Below, one piece after another: positions 1 to 12,700 of a DNA stretch of 64,000 bases (its first letter is position 1; each line of letters opens with the position of its first letter). Location: assembly GCF_009914755.1 (NCBI RefSeq), contig NC_060942.1; one strand, 5' to 3'. The DNA is from the human T2T-CHM13v2.0 reference genome, Homo sapiens. The notes under the pieces were generated by a model. It was not told the origin of the DNA, did not search any database, and worked only from the letters and a program-made list of their open reading frames with translations. The position numbers and the translations under genes were made by a program.

Positions 1-579
1 TGGGTAAAGCCTGGAACCCATTTGGTTTTTGTGTGTTTGTTTGTTTGTTTCTGGTATCCTGGAGAGAAAGTATAAGAAAGACTTAAACCAAGGCGGTAGC
101 TGTGTGCAAAAGCAAAGAAAAGAACAGGATAATCTTAAACATGTCTTTAAGAAGAAAGTCAGAAAACAGATTCTCTGTATCCTTAATCAGGTGAAGTCCT
201 TCTGCCCATCTCGGTTTCAAGTTTCAGAGGAGTTTATGTAAGAAACACTATTCCAGACAAATAAACGTTCTAATCCTAGCCTGAATATTGGCTAATAATT
301 CTCTCTGAAACTTCTAAGCAGGCTGACTGTAGTTACTTAACTAGTAAAAAGCTGAATTTAAAGATAAATCATTTTATGGTAAATGGAAGACAAGGAAAGA
401 AAATGCCCCAAAAGAATTAGCTTTCCTCTCTAAATCTAAGCTTCCTTAAGATACCAAATCCATGCTGCCCTTTCCTGGACCCTAACATGAGCCTGCCAGG
501 GCTTTCAAAACGGACCTTAGACTTAGGTATCTACTAATAGCAGCTACATAGCAAATACTCTACAGATGAGAAAAAGGAA

Positions 580-645
580 TATATATAATACATATATATG
601 TATATATCACACACATATATGTGTGTGTGTGTATATATATATGTA
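580..645. repeat. Mixed (TA)n/(CA)n/(TG)n microsatellite
   Basis: atatatataatacatatatatgtatatatcacacacatatatgtgtgtgtgtgtatatatatat read directly. Confidence 0.85.
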
Positions 646-774
646 TTTTAAAGGAGAGTACAATACTGGAAATGGACATTTCTTTGGGTCAATATTGTGC
701 TCCTTAGATGTCTTGTGGATTTTATCTGTTTGAAAGAGGGCAGTGTATTCAAGGATCACCATTAAAATTAAGGT

Positions 775-1310
775 GTTGCTCCAATTACTATTGTTACATA
801 AAAAACCTGTCCAAAAATGACTGATGTAAAACCACCATCTAATTATGCTCATAACTCAGGCAGAGCTCATTTGCTTATCTCTGCCCCATTATGTTGGTAG
901 GTTGCTCAATGGCTCGAGGTTGGAATCACTTGGTAGTATTCTTACTTATAAATGTGGCAGCTGATGCTGAGTGTTAGCAGGGACCTAAGCTGGACTGAAA
1001 GCTAGAACTCCTATTGTGGCCTCTCTATATAACACTTCTATTGGCCTGTTCATAGCAATGACAACTGGATTCCAAGAGTGAGCATCCTAATAGAGCAAGA
1101 GGAAAGTGTGTGTCATTTACTTGTGTGCTAAGACCATGCTTTGAAGCTAATAAATAGAGATGTTTGATTGATTTAATGTCACAGAACATCACTTTCACTT
1201 GCACCATACTCAATTGGTCAAAGCGGTCACATAACTCTGCCTGTGATCAATGAAATGGAACTACCAAATGGGAGGAATGTCAAGGTCCCAACATAAGAGA
1301 GCATATTCGA
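775..1310 (-). mobile_element. Old MaLR LTR (MLT1J/K-like), degraded
   Basis: MLT1-type segments 'ctattgttacataaaaaacc', 'ggattccaagagtgagcatcc', 'catcactttcacttgcaccatactcaattggtcaaagcggtcac'; boundaries approximate. Confidence 0.6.
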
Positions 1311-2419
1311 TGGTCTTATGGTGGTAGGCAACACACCCTAGGTGTGTAGGCATGGACAATAGGAAATTGGGCGATTGGGCAATGTACTTTAAGTGGTAAG
1401 AGCTCTGGTCTCTAAATCCATCCAGGGAGGAAGAAAGCTACCAATACTCAGTTCTCTGTCTTAAATACTGAGAAGTTTACTCAAAGTAATGATTAATCTA
1501 ACGCACATTAGAAAAAAAATTCAGTGCTACAACAGGCTTTAGTATTTGGCCAAAAGTTAGTATATGACTTGGAGGTTGCTGACTTTATTTTTATATTCAA
1601 TGAGTTCCGAATTTGAAGGATGCACAAGAGTAAACTTGGCAGAGGTGGAGTAGCCACAGGGAGAAGGAGTGGTCTGTGGGGTGTCTTGGGGTAAACAAGA
1701 GAGAGGAGGACAGGGAAGAGTCAAAGAAGGAAGGCCAGTGTGACTGAGCACAAAATGTGTTAAGCCTAGGGCAACTGAACTCAGTAAGTTCATCAGGAAC
1801 CAAGGATATAGCCTATGTTAATGACATAGATCTTTATCTGAAAGGCCATTAAAATATGGATGCAGGGTGGGTGACACAGTTTGAAAAGATCACTTCAGGA
1901 AAAAAAAATAGATATATTGGAATGAGAGGAGACGCTGTGTGAAGAGTGTATCCAATCAAAGAGTTTTATAGTGGTCTAGGTAAGAAATGTTGGCAACATG
2001 GACTCGGGCTGTTGCTGGGAAGATCAACACAGGTGGACAGATTTAAAGCTACTTCTGATAAACTGGTCATTCTGGGCTTAAGAATTCAGAGGAAGTTTCG
2101 AGGTGGAGATGAAAACTGAGTTAAATCTTGAGGAGCAGGTAAACATGAGTTAAATGGGTGAGGTGTGCAAGAAAATCTCAAGTAAGGAAAATGGCATCTA
2201 AAAACAAATGCACATTGAAATATGCAATAAGGCCATGTTCTGGAGTTAATATAGAAGAGTTTGATTGTGCTCTTGTGACTCGAAAAGCTTCAAATATTAG
2301 ATGAAATAGACTAAGACAGATAGTGAATATTAGCTTAAAGAGATTTCAACACAAATTAAGAATCCAATATTCATATTTTTATATAATTACATAGCAAGAA
2401 TGTTTGTGTTCTAGAAATA

Positions 2420-2660
2420 AATATAACAGCCTTAAATTCCTAGTGCTACCATTTTGTAGATCTGTGATCTTGGAGAGATTACAAAATCTCCTTAAAATAT
2501 ATTCTTTAAGCTTCTTTTTGGTTTTTAAAAGTAAAGGAAATAATAATGCCTACCCCATAGAATAGTTGGAAAGATTAGATGAGATAATGCATACTTAATG
2601 CAGTATCTGAAATGTAGTACATGCTTATAATTATTAATTATTTATTATTACTATTTTTAC
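2420..2660 (+). mobile_element. MIR SINE
   Basis: MIR core 'tgtgatcttggagagattac...ataataatgcctaccccatagaatagttggaaagattagatgagataatgcat' followed by a (tta)n-like tail. Confidence 0.7.
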
Positions 2661-2887
2661 TAGGAGCACACTCATTGCTATTGCTTATTATCTTAAACCA
2701 TTTACTTTGGGAGTTTATAAAAGGGAGAGAAAATGTAGGTAATTAGTGTGATCAGAGACTGCTTTTGCAGGAGGTGGGGGTTAGAATGGGGCAAATTGTG
2801 ATGAACATGATGGGAGCATTTCTACGGAGCAAGTATCGAGTCTATTTCAGAGAAATGATCTGTACTATCAAATTCTACTTCACCACC

Positions 2888-5148
2888 TGATACTGTTTGA
2901 CTCTGTGTTTGCACCCAAATCTCACCTTGAATTGTATTCCTATAATTCCCACGTGTTGTGGGAGGGACGTGGTGGTAGATAATCAAATCATGGGAGTGGT
3001 TTCCTCCATATTATTCTCATGGTGTTGAACAAGTATCATAAGACTGGATGGGTTTATTAGGGGTTTCCACTTTTGTTTCTTCCTCATTCTCTCATTGCCT
3101 GCTGCCATCCATGTAAGATGGGACTTGCTCTTTCTTGCCTTCCACAGTGATTGTGACCTTCCCCAGCCACATGAAACTGTAAGTACAATTAAACCTCTTT
3201 CTTTTGTAAATCACCCAGTCTTGTATATGTCTTTATAACCAGTTTGAAAATGGACTAATACAGTAAATTGGTACCAGTAGAGTGGGGCATTGCTGAAAAG
3301 ATACCCTAAAATGTGGAAGAGACTTTGGAACTTGGTAACAGGCAAAAGCTGGAACAGTTTGGAAGGCTCAGAAGAAGACAGGAAAATATGGGAATATTTG
3401 TAACTTCCTAGAGACTTGTTGAATGGCTTTGCCCAAAATGCTGATAGCGATATGGACAATAAAATCCAGGCTGAGGTAGTCTCAGATGGAGATAACAAAC
3501 TTGTTGGGAACTGGAGTAAAGGTGACTCTTGCTATGTTTTATCAAAGAGACTGGTGGCATTTTACCCCTGCCCTAGAGATTTGTGGAACTTTGAACTTGA
3601 GAGAGATGATTTAGGGTATCTGGCAGAAGCATCAACAGGTGACTTGGGTACTGCTAAAGGCATTCAGTTTTATATAGGGTTGGAAAATTTGTAGCCTGAC
3701 TATTCAATAGAAAAGAAAAACTGATTTTCTGGGGAGAAATTCAAGCCGGCTGCAGAAATTTGCATGAGTAGGAAGAAGCCTAATGTTAGTCCCCAAGACC
3801 ATGGGGAAAATGCCTCCAGGCCATGTCAGAGACCTTCACAGCAGCCACTGCCATCACAGGTCCGGAGGTCTAGGAGGAAAAAGCAGTTTCATGGGCTGAG
3901 CCCAGGGGTCCCCATGCTGTGAGCAGCCTAGGGACTTGGGGTCCTGTGTCCCAGCCATTCCAGCCATGGCTGAAAGGGGCCAACATACAGCTCAGGCTGT
4001 AGTTTCAGAGGGTGGAAGCCCCAAGCCTTCACAGCTTCCAAGTGGTATTGAGCCTGCAGGTGCACAGAAATCAATAATTGAGGTTTGGGAACCTCCACCT
4101 AGATTTCAGAAGATGTATGGAAATGCTTGGATGCCCAGGCAAAAGTTTGCTGCAGGGGTGGGGCCCTCATGGAGAACCTCTACTATAGTAGTGCAGAAGG
4201 AAAATGTGGAGTGGGAGCCCCCACACAGAGTATCTACTGGGGCACTGCCTCATGAAGCTGCAGGAAGAGGGCCACTCTTCTCCAGACCCCAGAATGGTAG
4301 ATCCACCAACAGCTTGCACCGTATGCCTGGAAAAGCCACACTCAATGCCAGCCCATGAAAGCAGCTGGGAGGGAGGCTGTACAAAACCATAGGGGTGGAG
4401 CTTCCCAAGACACTGGGAACCCACCTCTTGCATTGGCATGACCTGTATGTGAGACGTGGAGTCAAAGGAGATCATTTTGGAGCTTTAAAATTTGACTGCC
4501 CCGCTGGATTTCAGACTTGCATGGGCCCTGTAGCCCTTTGTTTTGGCCAATTTCTCCCATTTGGAATGGTTGTGTTTACCCAAGTTCTGTACATTCGTTG
4601 TAGCTAGGAAGTAACTAGCTTGCTTTTGAGTTTACAGGTTCATAAGTGGAAGAGAATTGCCTTGTCTCTGATGAGACTTTGGACTGTGGACTTTTGGGTT
4701 AATGCTGAAATGAGTTAAGACTTTGGGGGACTGTTAGGAAGGCATGATTTGTTTTGAAATGTGTTGATATGAAATTTGGAGGTTGCAGGGGCGGAATGAT
4801 ATGGTTTGACTGTGACCCCACCCAAATCTCAACTTGAAATTTATCTCCCAGGATTCCCAAGTGTCTTGGAAGGGACCCAGGGGGAGGTAATTTAATCATG
4901 GGGGCTGGTCTTTCCCACGCTATTCTTGTGATAGTGAATAAGTCTTAGAAGATCTGATGGGTTTATCAGGGGTTTCTGCTTTTGCTTCTTCCTCATTTTC
5001 TTTTGCCACTGCCATGTAAGATGTGTCTTTCACCTCCCACCATGATTCTGAGGCCTCCCCAGCCATGTGGAACTATAAGTCCAAGTAAACCTCTTTCTTC
5101 TCAGTCTCAGATATGTCTTTATCAGCAACGTAAAAGCGAACTAATACA
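2888..5148 (+). mobile_element. Full-length THE1 (ERVL-MaLR): 5' LTR 2888-3262, internal region 3263-4796, 3' LTR (THE1A-like) 4797-5148
   Basis: Both LTRs start tgata.. and end ..ctaataca; internal region starts 'gtaaattggtaccagtagagtgggg' and ends in the polypurine tract 'ggggcggaa', as in THE1-int. Confidence 0.95.
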
Positions 5149-7539
5149 ATGAGGTAACAATTATTGGAACACTAGGAAGAAAATGCCAAATATACCAGGC
5201 ATGTTTGTGAATAGATCGCAGTTTTTATATCTGAATCTTTAAATTTATGTAGAAAAATAGATGAATATTAGTAAAAGGGAAGGCAGTTGTCATAGAGGAC
5301 ATTTTCTCTTCTCAACAGAACATTAGAACTCATTGCAAGAGCATGTCAAGACAGGACCAAAGTGGACTCACACCATTGCCTTCGGTGAACCTTGAAAAAC
5401 TTATCAACACCAAGAACCTGGCCAAGTTAATGCAAAAGTGTGAAAGAATGTCTTTCTCTGCTCAACTGAGGAAGTGTTTGGGGAAATGCCTTTGCTGTAG
5501 CTCAGCCTTTGGCAGTCATCCCTTGTGGAAGAATACTGAGACCCAAGAAAAGAGGCTGCAAATGACATTCCAGCCCACAGCTTAATAATTTCAGAAAACT
5601 CTGTTGCTTGCCAATATTCCAATGAATACATATATTACAAATAGTAAGAGTCTGTGGTTGTTGTTAACTTATTTATTAAATTCTTCTTAGGGCTTTGTAG
5701 GCAGTGCAGCACAGCCACGATCCCCCTTGCACAATAATGGCTGCCTAGAGCTCCTAGCACAGAAAAAAGAATAGAAATACAATTTTCAAGTACATCTCGC
5801 AGTTTATTCAAAGTGGAAAATAACTCATATTATGAGCTTTTAGAGAATCAAGAGAGAACATATTAATGCTGCTTTCCTTTAATAGTTCATTTCTCAAATT
5901 TGATTTTTATTTTATTTATTTATTTTTAGAAAGACTTGAGGACGGGAAGGGACCTATAACTAATATGACCAGGTTTGGCTTTTCTTTGTACACACGAAAA
6001 AATCAGCAGATCCAAGATGTAATCTTAGAGAGCACCAATCTCCCCTCACTTTCTGTTTGATAGCTTTCACCCTAATAGGATAGGATTGGATTTAAACTCT
6101 GCCACTTTAAATCAGCTTTGAATCTTGCATCTAACTCTTCTCCTGGGTTTTAGTGCCATATTGCAATGTTAAAGTGTAAAACTCTGCATCTGCTGAGGCA
6201 TTTGGCTGGAAAAGCAAGTATGTCAATGGCCGTCCCTCGCTGCCATCACACATATGGAATTTCTGTGTTCAGCTCTGCCATCTGGTCATTAGGCCGAGAT
6301 TCACTCTTCATTGAATAAGGACCATCTACCATATCCGTGCCTCTCACAATATGACATTCTTTTCATGGTGTTATTTTGCAGTTCTTATTTGATGACATTT
6401 TCTTTTTTCCACAACCTTCTTCCTGTGCCCACCCTCACAAATATTTTACAAAGAGCAACCTTCAATGCCATTCAGAAAAACAGAAAATAACACATCATGT
6501 AATGGATATAACTGGAACAAAAGCGATCAAAATTTTGAGTAACTTCAAGCATAAAGCTAGGTCTTTCATAATTATGAATGCTGCAGATTGTGTCTTAGAA
6601 GTGTACAAGGTAGCTGATAGACATACAGCAACCTTAACCAAAAAAGAAAATGTCGGTTTATTGTCCCTGCCATTCCATTTCCCTTATTTATTAAGTTATC
6701 CTGGGACCAGATGATGTTTTCTTTTCTATCACAAGGACATGGAAAAACAATAGTATACAACGTTTACTTCAGTATACACTCTGTTGCCACTGAACTGTCT
6801 CCTCCTTAGGAAGATACAAACACCTAACTAGTTCATTTTCTCCTCAAACCCTTCATTTCCTTATTGGAAGGAAAGAACACAATTTCAGCCAGAAAATAAA
6901 TACCACCTTATTTCAAAAGTTTCAAAGGAAAATCCTCAGCAACCAGTCAACGTAAAACATTGGATAATCAGAAAAAGAATTGGCAGAAACTTTATAACTT
7001 GATAGAAAAAACAAAAAGAATTTAAAATCTGTAGCCAGATTCTTCTGTGAAAAAGATGTTAGCTAAGGGTTGACTTGAAGGAGAATTGTGCGTAATTGAG
7101 ACTTAAAATTCATAATCTGAAACCTTCCCAAACTTTCTCCACAATCTCACCATTCCTAACTCACCTATTCCCTAACCACCAACTTTCACACGTCTCATCA
7201 AAATGTAACCAATGTATGTTTCATTCAGTAGGATTCAGCAAACCTCTATATGACTCCAAAACCTGAGCTGTTTACCCTACTCCATTATTCTTTGCTGAGT
7301 CATCATGAAGTGTTAGACTTTTAATATACTACCAAACCCAGGACTCCATCTGTAGAGATGCACCTTGGAGCTCTGAAATTTGTGTCCACATTATTTTGTT
7401 CTTTTGATTTCTGCACATCTGAAACATGGAATCCTTTCTATTATAATCCAGGCATGTTTGTTAAAATTAAGTAAATGATCTCATATAAGACAAACATCCC
7501 CTATAAGGAGTGAGAAGAGATGGGGTGTAATTGCAAAGG

Positions 7540-7760
7540 GCAAATGTTCTGAAGTCTCAGAGGCTAGGTTAGAATGTTTGCTTTTCCATTTCCTGGTTTT
7601 GTAATATGGATCAAGGTAATTCCTTGTCCTGTCTCAATTTCCTCATCTGTATGGTGAGAAAATACCTGAAATACAGGGAGATATTGTGATAATTACATTT
7701 AAATGCCAAGTTCTTAGCACCATGCTAATACACATTATGGCTTCAGTACAAGATAGCATT
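7540..7760 (+). mobile_element. MIR SINE fragment
   Basis: MIR core 'tgtctcaatttcctcatctgta'. Confidence 0.65.
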
Positions 7761-7828
7761 TTTATCATTCAGTAAGCAAGTATCCTTGTTATGGAAGAGT
7801 GCATTGTGAGATATAAAAGGACTCATAC

Positions 7829-8495
7829 CACTGGTTCTCAAATTCGTGCATGTTGTAAACACCTGGGGAATTTTTAAAATGCTAGATCTCATGACTAGAG
7901 TTTCTGATATAACTAATGTGAAAGAATGGCTTGAACTGAGCATCAATAGGTTTAAAAATTCTCCAGGTGTTTATAATATTTTTAAATTATAATGTTCATG
8001 CTACATTCCAGATTAATTAAATCAGAATCTCTATTGGTAAGCCCCAGGCATCAGTATTTTTCAACATTCTCTAGATGTTGATGAGGTGGAGCCAGTTTCA
8101 GGAACCACTGCTTCAGACAAAATCCTCCAGTGGTTTTAATCTCTAGGTACACAGTAGAATCCCTTTAAGAGACAAGAAGTATTGACATGTGAACCCCATT
8201 TTAGAGCAATTTATGGTTAATCTCTGACAATGAGATGCAACAATCTGTAGTTTTTAAAGGTCCTACAGGTGATTTTAATATACAGCCAAGATACAGATTC
8301 AGTACTCCAGTGGTTCTGGAGTATTCTAGCATACATCACAACAACCTGAAGCAATTGTTAAAACACACATACTTGGGTCTCACCCAGAGAATTTCTGATT
8401 AGATAAACATAGATGTAGGGCCTGGTAATTTGAATGTCTAACAAGTTCTTAGGTTATGCTGCTGCTGATAACCCCATTAAATAAAACACTAAACT
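7829..8495. mobile_element. Cluster of about 4 MER5-type (hAT-Charlie) non-autonomous DNA transposons
   Basis: Repeated 'cagtggttctc'/'gaaccactg'-like termini; 'aaatcagaatctct...ccaggcatcagtattttt', 'ccaggtgattttaat'-like motifs, 'ttctgattag...gtctaacaagttc'. Confidence 0.75.
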
Positions 8496-8499
8496 ATGA

Positions 8500-9250
8500 G
8501 CACATACAGATATAAATAAAAATAACTATAAATATTTGATGAGAAATAAGACCTTTACATTGTTACAGATTAGTCTCACAAAATATTTACTTACAAAGGG
8601 TAATAGAGTACATTACTTGGAGAAGATTGGCTGACACCACTTTAATCAAGTAATAAAAATGAACATTGTCAGTTATGGGAAAAATAAATGCTATGCACCA
8701 TTTGATAGGGTGAGGAGGTGGCAACACTTATGAGATTTTTCCTGCTAAAGAAACATAACCTGAATCCATTACAAAGAAACTTCATGCAAACCTAAATTGA
8801 GGGCCAATTTACAAAATAGTTCAAATATTTCTAACAGACAATAACATTCAAAAAATTAAAAAAAAAAACAAAAAACCGAAAAAGACTGAAGAACTCTTCC
8901 AGACTGAAGCAGCCTGAAGAGATATGACAACTAGAGAGTTCATGATTCTGAAGGGATTATTTGGCAGGCAAGATATTACAAGGGCAATTGGGAAAATTTG
9001 AATGGGTCTGAGGAGTAGATGGCAGAAATGTATCAATACTAATTCATGATTTTAGATATTGTGTTTTGGCTATACAGGAGGAGGTGCTTATCTACAGGCA
9101 ATATACACCAGAATCTTGTGCAGAAATTAGCCATCAAGCTGGCAACTTCCTCTCAAATTGTTTAGGAAAATGAATTTTTTTTTTTTTTTTGGTACCACAA
9201 CTCAAGCTTTTCTGTGAGTTGTGATTTTTTTGAAAAAAAAAAAAATTTTT
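8500..9250 (+). mobile_element. Old L1 3' end (L1MC4-like)
   Basis: 'gactgaagaactcttccagactgaag...gagatatgacaact', 'gggcaattgggaaaatttgaatggg' typical of the L1MC 3' UTR. Confidence 0.7.
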
Positions 9251-11364
9251 AAAAGTCAAGCATTTTTCACTCTGCAGAAGTCTTTCTTGGAAATGAGACG
9301 GCCAAACAAGGCTAGAAATGGGTTTGCATCTCGGTAAAGACAGAGGACAAATTACTCTTTGAAAAATCCTAGTAGAAACTGGTTTCTATTGCCTTTTAAC
9401 ATGCCTCAACTCAAACCTGTCTAACTCTGGTGTCCTCTCCCAACAGTAGTATGTATCTTCTTTTAACCTACATTCAAGTGTTCACAAAGTTTAAAATACA
9501 GGCTTACATACAGGGTTTGTATGTGTGTGTTTTTCTATTTCTTCCTGTGTATTTCTTTGCAATTTCATCATGCCTCTAACTTGGCATTTTTCTTCACATT
9601 CTTTTTTTAATCTTATTTTTGACTCTGATATCTTTTTACTTTCTGCCTACACACCACATGTTATAACTTTTTTTAATGTGATCCACTTGGTGTTTCTATC
9701 CTATCATTTTGTTTTATCTCACCTGGTAAAACCATTAAGTTCTTTCTGGCCTATTTGCTTTTATTTTCGTATCGATTTTTACCACTGATATGCATTTTCT
9801 CAAGTAATGAATCTCATTTTTACTAGTCTCATTATTTTCTCTATTCATCTTACCCAAGTACTATTTAAATTTATTCATAATCCTATGATTACAGTCATCT
9901 TTATTCATCCATTCTTTTCTTTATTTATTCATTCATTCTATAAACATGTGTTATACACTTTTAAAATGATAAAATACAGCACTATGTGCAATAAAAGTAC
10001 AAATAAGATACAGCATGGTCCTTGACCTTGGGGAGTCCAAAGTGTAATTGTAATTCTATAATGCAAAGCAGGGTGCATGCTGCTGGGCAGTGTTGGGTGC
10101 TCCTTCCTCTATAACTTGATGGCAGTCTGTGTCTACTCTGTCTAATGAAGGGAAACATTCCACAGCAGACATTACATTTTAGTTGATGTTGAAATATGAT
10201 TGTGAATCTTCCAATAATAGAATGATAGCACTTATTTCAATTCAGAGAAGAAAAAAACAGCACAAGACTTGAGATAATACTGGGTCCTGATGTGGTTTCA
10301 ATGAAGAGAAAAATGGAAGACAGTAGAGTCAAAATGCAAGGTTAGGACTATTAGATAAAGCTTATTTGAGACAAGCTAAGGTGTGTGAGCCTGAACTCAT
10401 ATGACATGAGAAGCCATCAGATAATAATATAAACTGAGGGTTAATTTAATCAAACTTATATATTATAAAGACTGCCATGGAGAATGAATTAGAAATGTGA
10501 GAAACAGATCTACAATGTATACTGGGTGACTCTAGCAAGAGTCTCAGAGGGAGAAGACACAAGCATGCACAAAGGCAGCAACACCAGGGAGAAATAGAAG
10601 GTGGTTCATCAGTGAAGTTCAGGAGAGCCTCTGGTAATCTGCTGTCTCTGGCTACCCCTCCTCTCCTGTTACGGCAGCTTGAGTTGCTTTGTTGAGCCTG
10701 ATCTGTGCCTTCAAATTTGAGTGCTGAAAGCTCAGAAAGCTTGAGAAGAATATGATTGAGAAGGGCAAGTCTAGATACAAAGGACAAGAATGGAAACTCA
10801 ATGCTGTTAAGACCAAAGCGGGAGAATGAGAGCTTGAATTTGAGCTGTTAGAGTAGAGTTGAAGAAACACAGAAGGGCTCAAGGATAATTTATGAGAAAC
10901 GTGAGAATTCATGATTTGTTAGATATCGTGGGGGAGTAAACTCCAAATGAATGTCATGTTTTGGGTTTGGACTGACAATTCCTATTTCAGTTTGCTGAAA
11001 TTGTGATAAAAATAAATAGAAAGAGTCAGTCTATGGAAGATGAAAGAATTAATTCTATTCTGGGCATTTGAAGTTTAGCTGCTATGGATATTCAAATGAA
11101 TATGTTCAGTTAGAAAGCAGATGTATATGACAGAAGCCAAGAGGATGTCTAAGAGATTTAGATTTAGAAATCTTTATGCTATCAGTATGTGTTAAAACCA
11201 TGATACTAGGTGGGATTTTCAAGGGATAATGCATGAAGAGAGAAAAACAACATTGGTTTGAAAATAAAGCATAAGGAAACACACGTGTAAGAGTCAGTAG
11301 AAGAAATTAATAAGTAGCTGGAAATGTTATCAGAGAATATAGAGGGATGCCAGGAGAAAGCCAT

Positions 11365-11960
11365 TGTTTTCTCCTTCCTATCAGTAATTCCCTCAGCAGC
11401 CAGAGTAACCCCCAAACAACAGACGCTCAGTCAGGTTATTCCTCTGCCTAGCAATTTTCAAGATTTTCCATTGCTTTTACAGTAAAACCTACTCACCTTC
11501 CCTGCCCACAAGGCCCTACATAATCTGGCCTTTTCATCTTTCCAGCCTTATCTTATGGCAAATCTTGTCTCCTTCCTCACATCCAGTCACTGGGTTGTTT
11601 TTTTGTGCATCCTCAGTGGCATGATCTACACCATATCCTGACAAACTAGCTCAGTTCCATTTACTTCACAGGGCGGGGTCATCATAACAGAGTGTGTTAT
11701 TTTAATCATCTTACACTTCTCACAGAGAACTTCTGTAACTTCTGGATCTAAGTTTGTCCACCCCTGTAAATCTGTCTTTCAATTCCTTGTCTTTCTTTTT
11801 CCTAGAATTTGCCATAAATATGAGTTATCTACCAATTTGTCTATTTATTTATATTGTGTCTTTTTTCATCCACTTGACTAGGAGTTCCTTGTGGGAAATA
11901 ACCTTGTCTTTCTTTTTATATCTTAGTATCCTCATCACCTACAATGGTGCTCAGGTGTTG
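11365..11960 (+). mobile_element. L2 3' fragment in sense orientation
   Basis: 'cagcagccagagtaacc', 'caaggccctacataatctggcc', 'ccacttgactaggagttccttgtgggaaataaccttgtc'. Confidence 0.65.
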
Positions 11961-12519
11961 GTTGTAGCTATAACCAAAACAGCTGAGTTACAAAAATGAA
12001 ATGGATCACTGAAGCAAAAGATGTAAAGAGTTTCAAGGATAAAGACATGATTGTCAATATTATTATAGCTATTGTAAAAGCCAGAAGAAAATATGAAAAT
12101 ATTTGAGAAATTTCTGCTGGACTTTGTTACACGAAGTCACTACTGACATTTGCTCAAGACCTTCAGTGGCATGGAGTTTACATAAACTGGATGGCAATGG
12201 ATTTGTTGTTCTGTGAGGTAGGAATGGGATGAGTTAGAAAGAAAGAGCCTAGATTATGCTGTCCAGACACTTGGGCTAAACTTGAGGAATTAAAAGTGAC
12301 TGAAAGTGGAGGAAGATGATGACCAATATGACATTTTGTTTTTCTAGTTTTAATCTGTCCTGTAGAAAGGCTTAAACTAGTGACCAAAAACAGGTCAATA
12401 GAGAGACATCGGCAATATAGAAGGGAGTCATTTTTGGAATAACTTTTAAAAGGAAAGAAAATGGATAGGATAAAGAGCATAGGTTGAAAGTTGACTTTTA
12501 AGACTAGGGAAGCCTTAAG

Positions 12520-12700
12520 TTAGAAGAAAGAAAGAAAAGTAAAGAAAGGAAGGAGGGAAGGAGGGAAGGAAGGAAGGAAGGAAGGAAGGAAGGAAGGAAG
12601 GAAAAGAGAGAGTGAAAAAAAGATTGAAGATAAGGAAGAAATAGAGAAAGAAAGAGAAAAAGAAAGGAAGGAAAGAAGGAGGGGAGGAAGGAAAAAGATA
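12520..12700. repeat. GA-rich (GGAA)n/(GAAA)n polypurine tract
   Basis: gaaggaaggaaggaag... read directly. Confidence 0.9.

Noticed and set aside
3416-4607. ORFs of 92, 140 and 70 aa inside THE1
   Set aside because: Fragments of the decayed THE1-int reading frame, broken by stops and frameshifts; not a host gene.
5343-6714. ORFs in unique sequence (80, 64 and 112 aa)
   Set aside because: No protein family similarity that I recognise; lengths are expected by chance in 64 kb.
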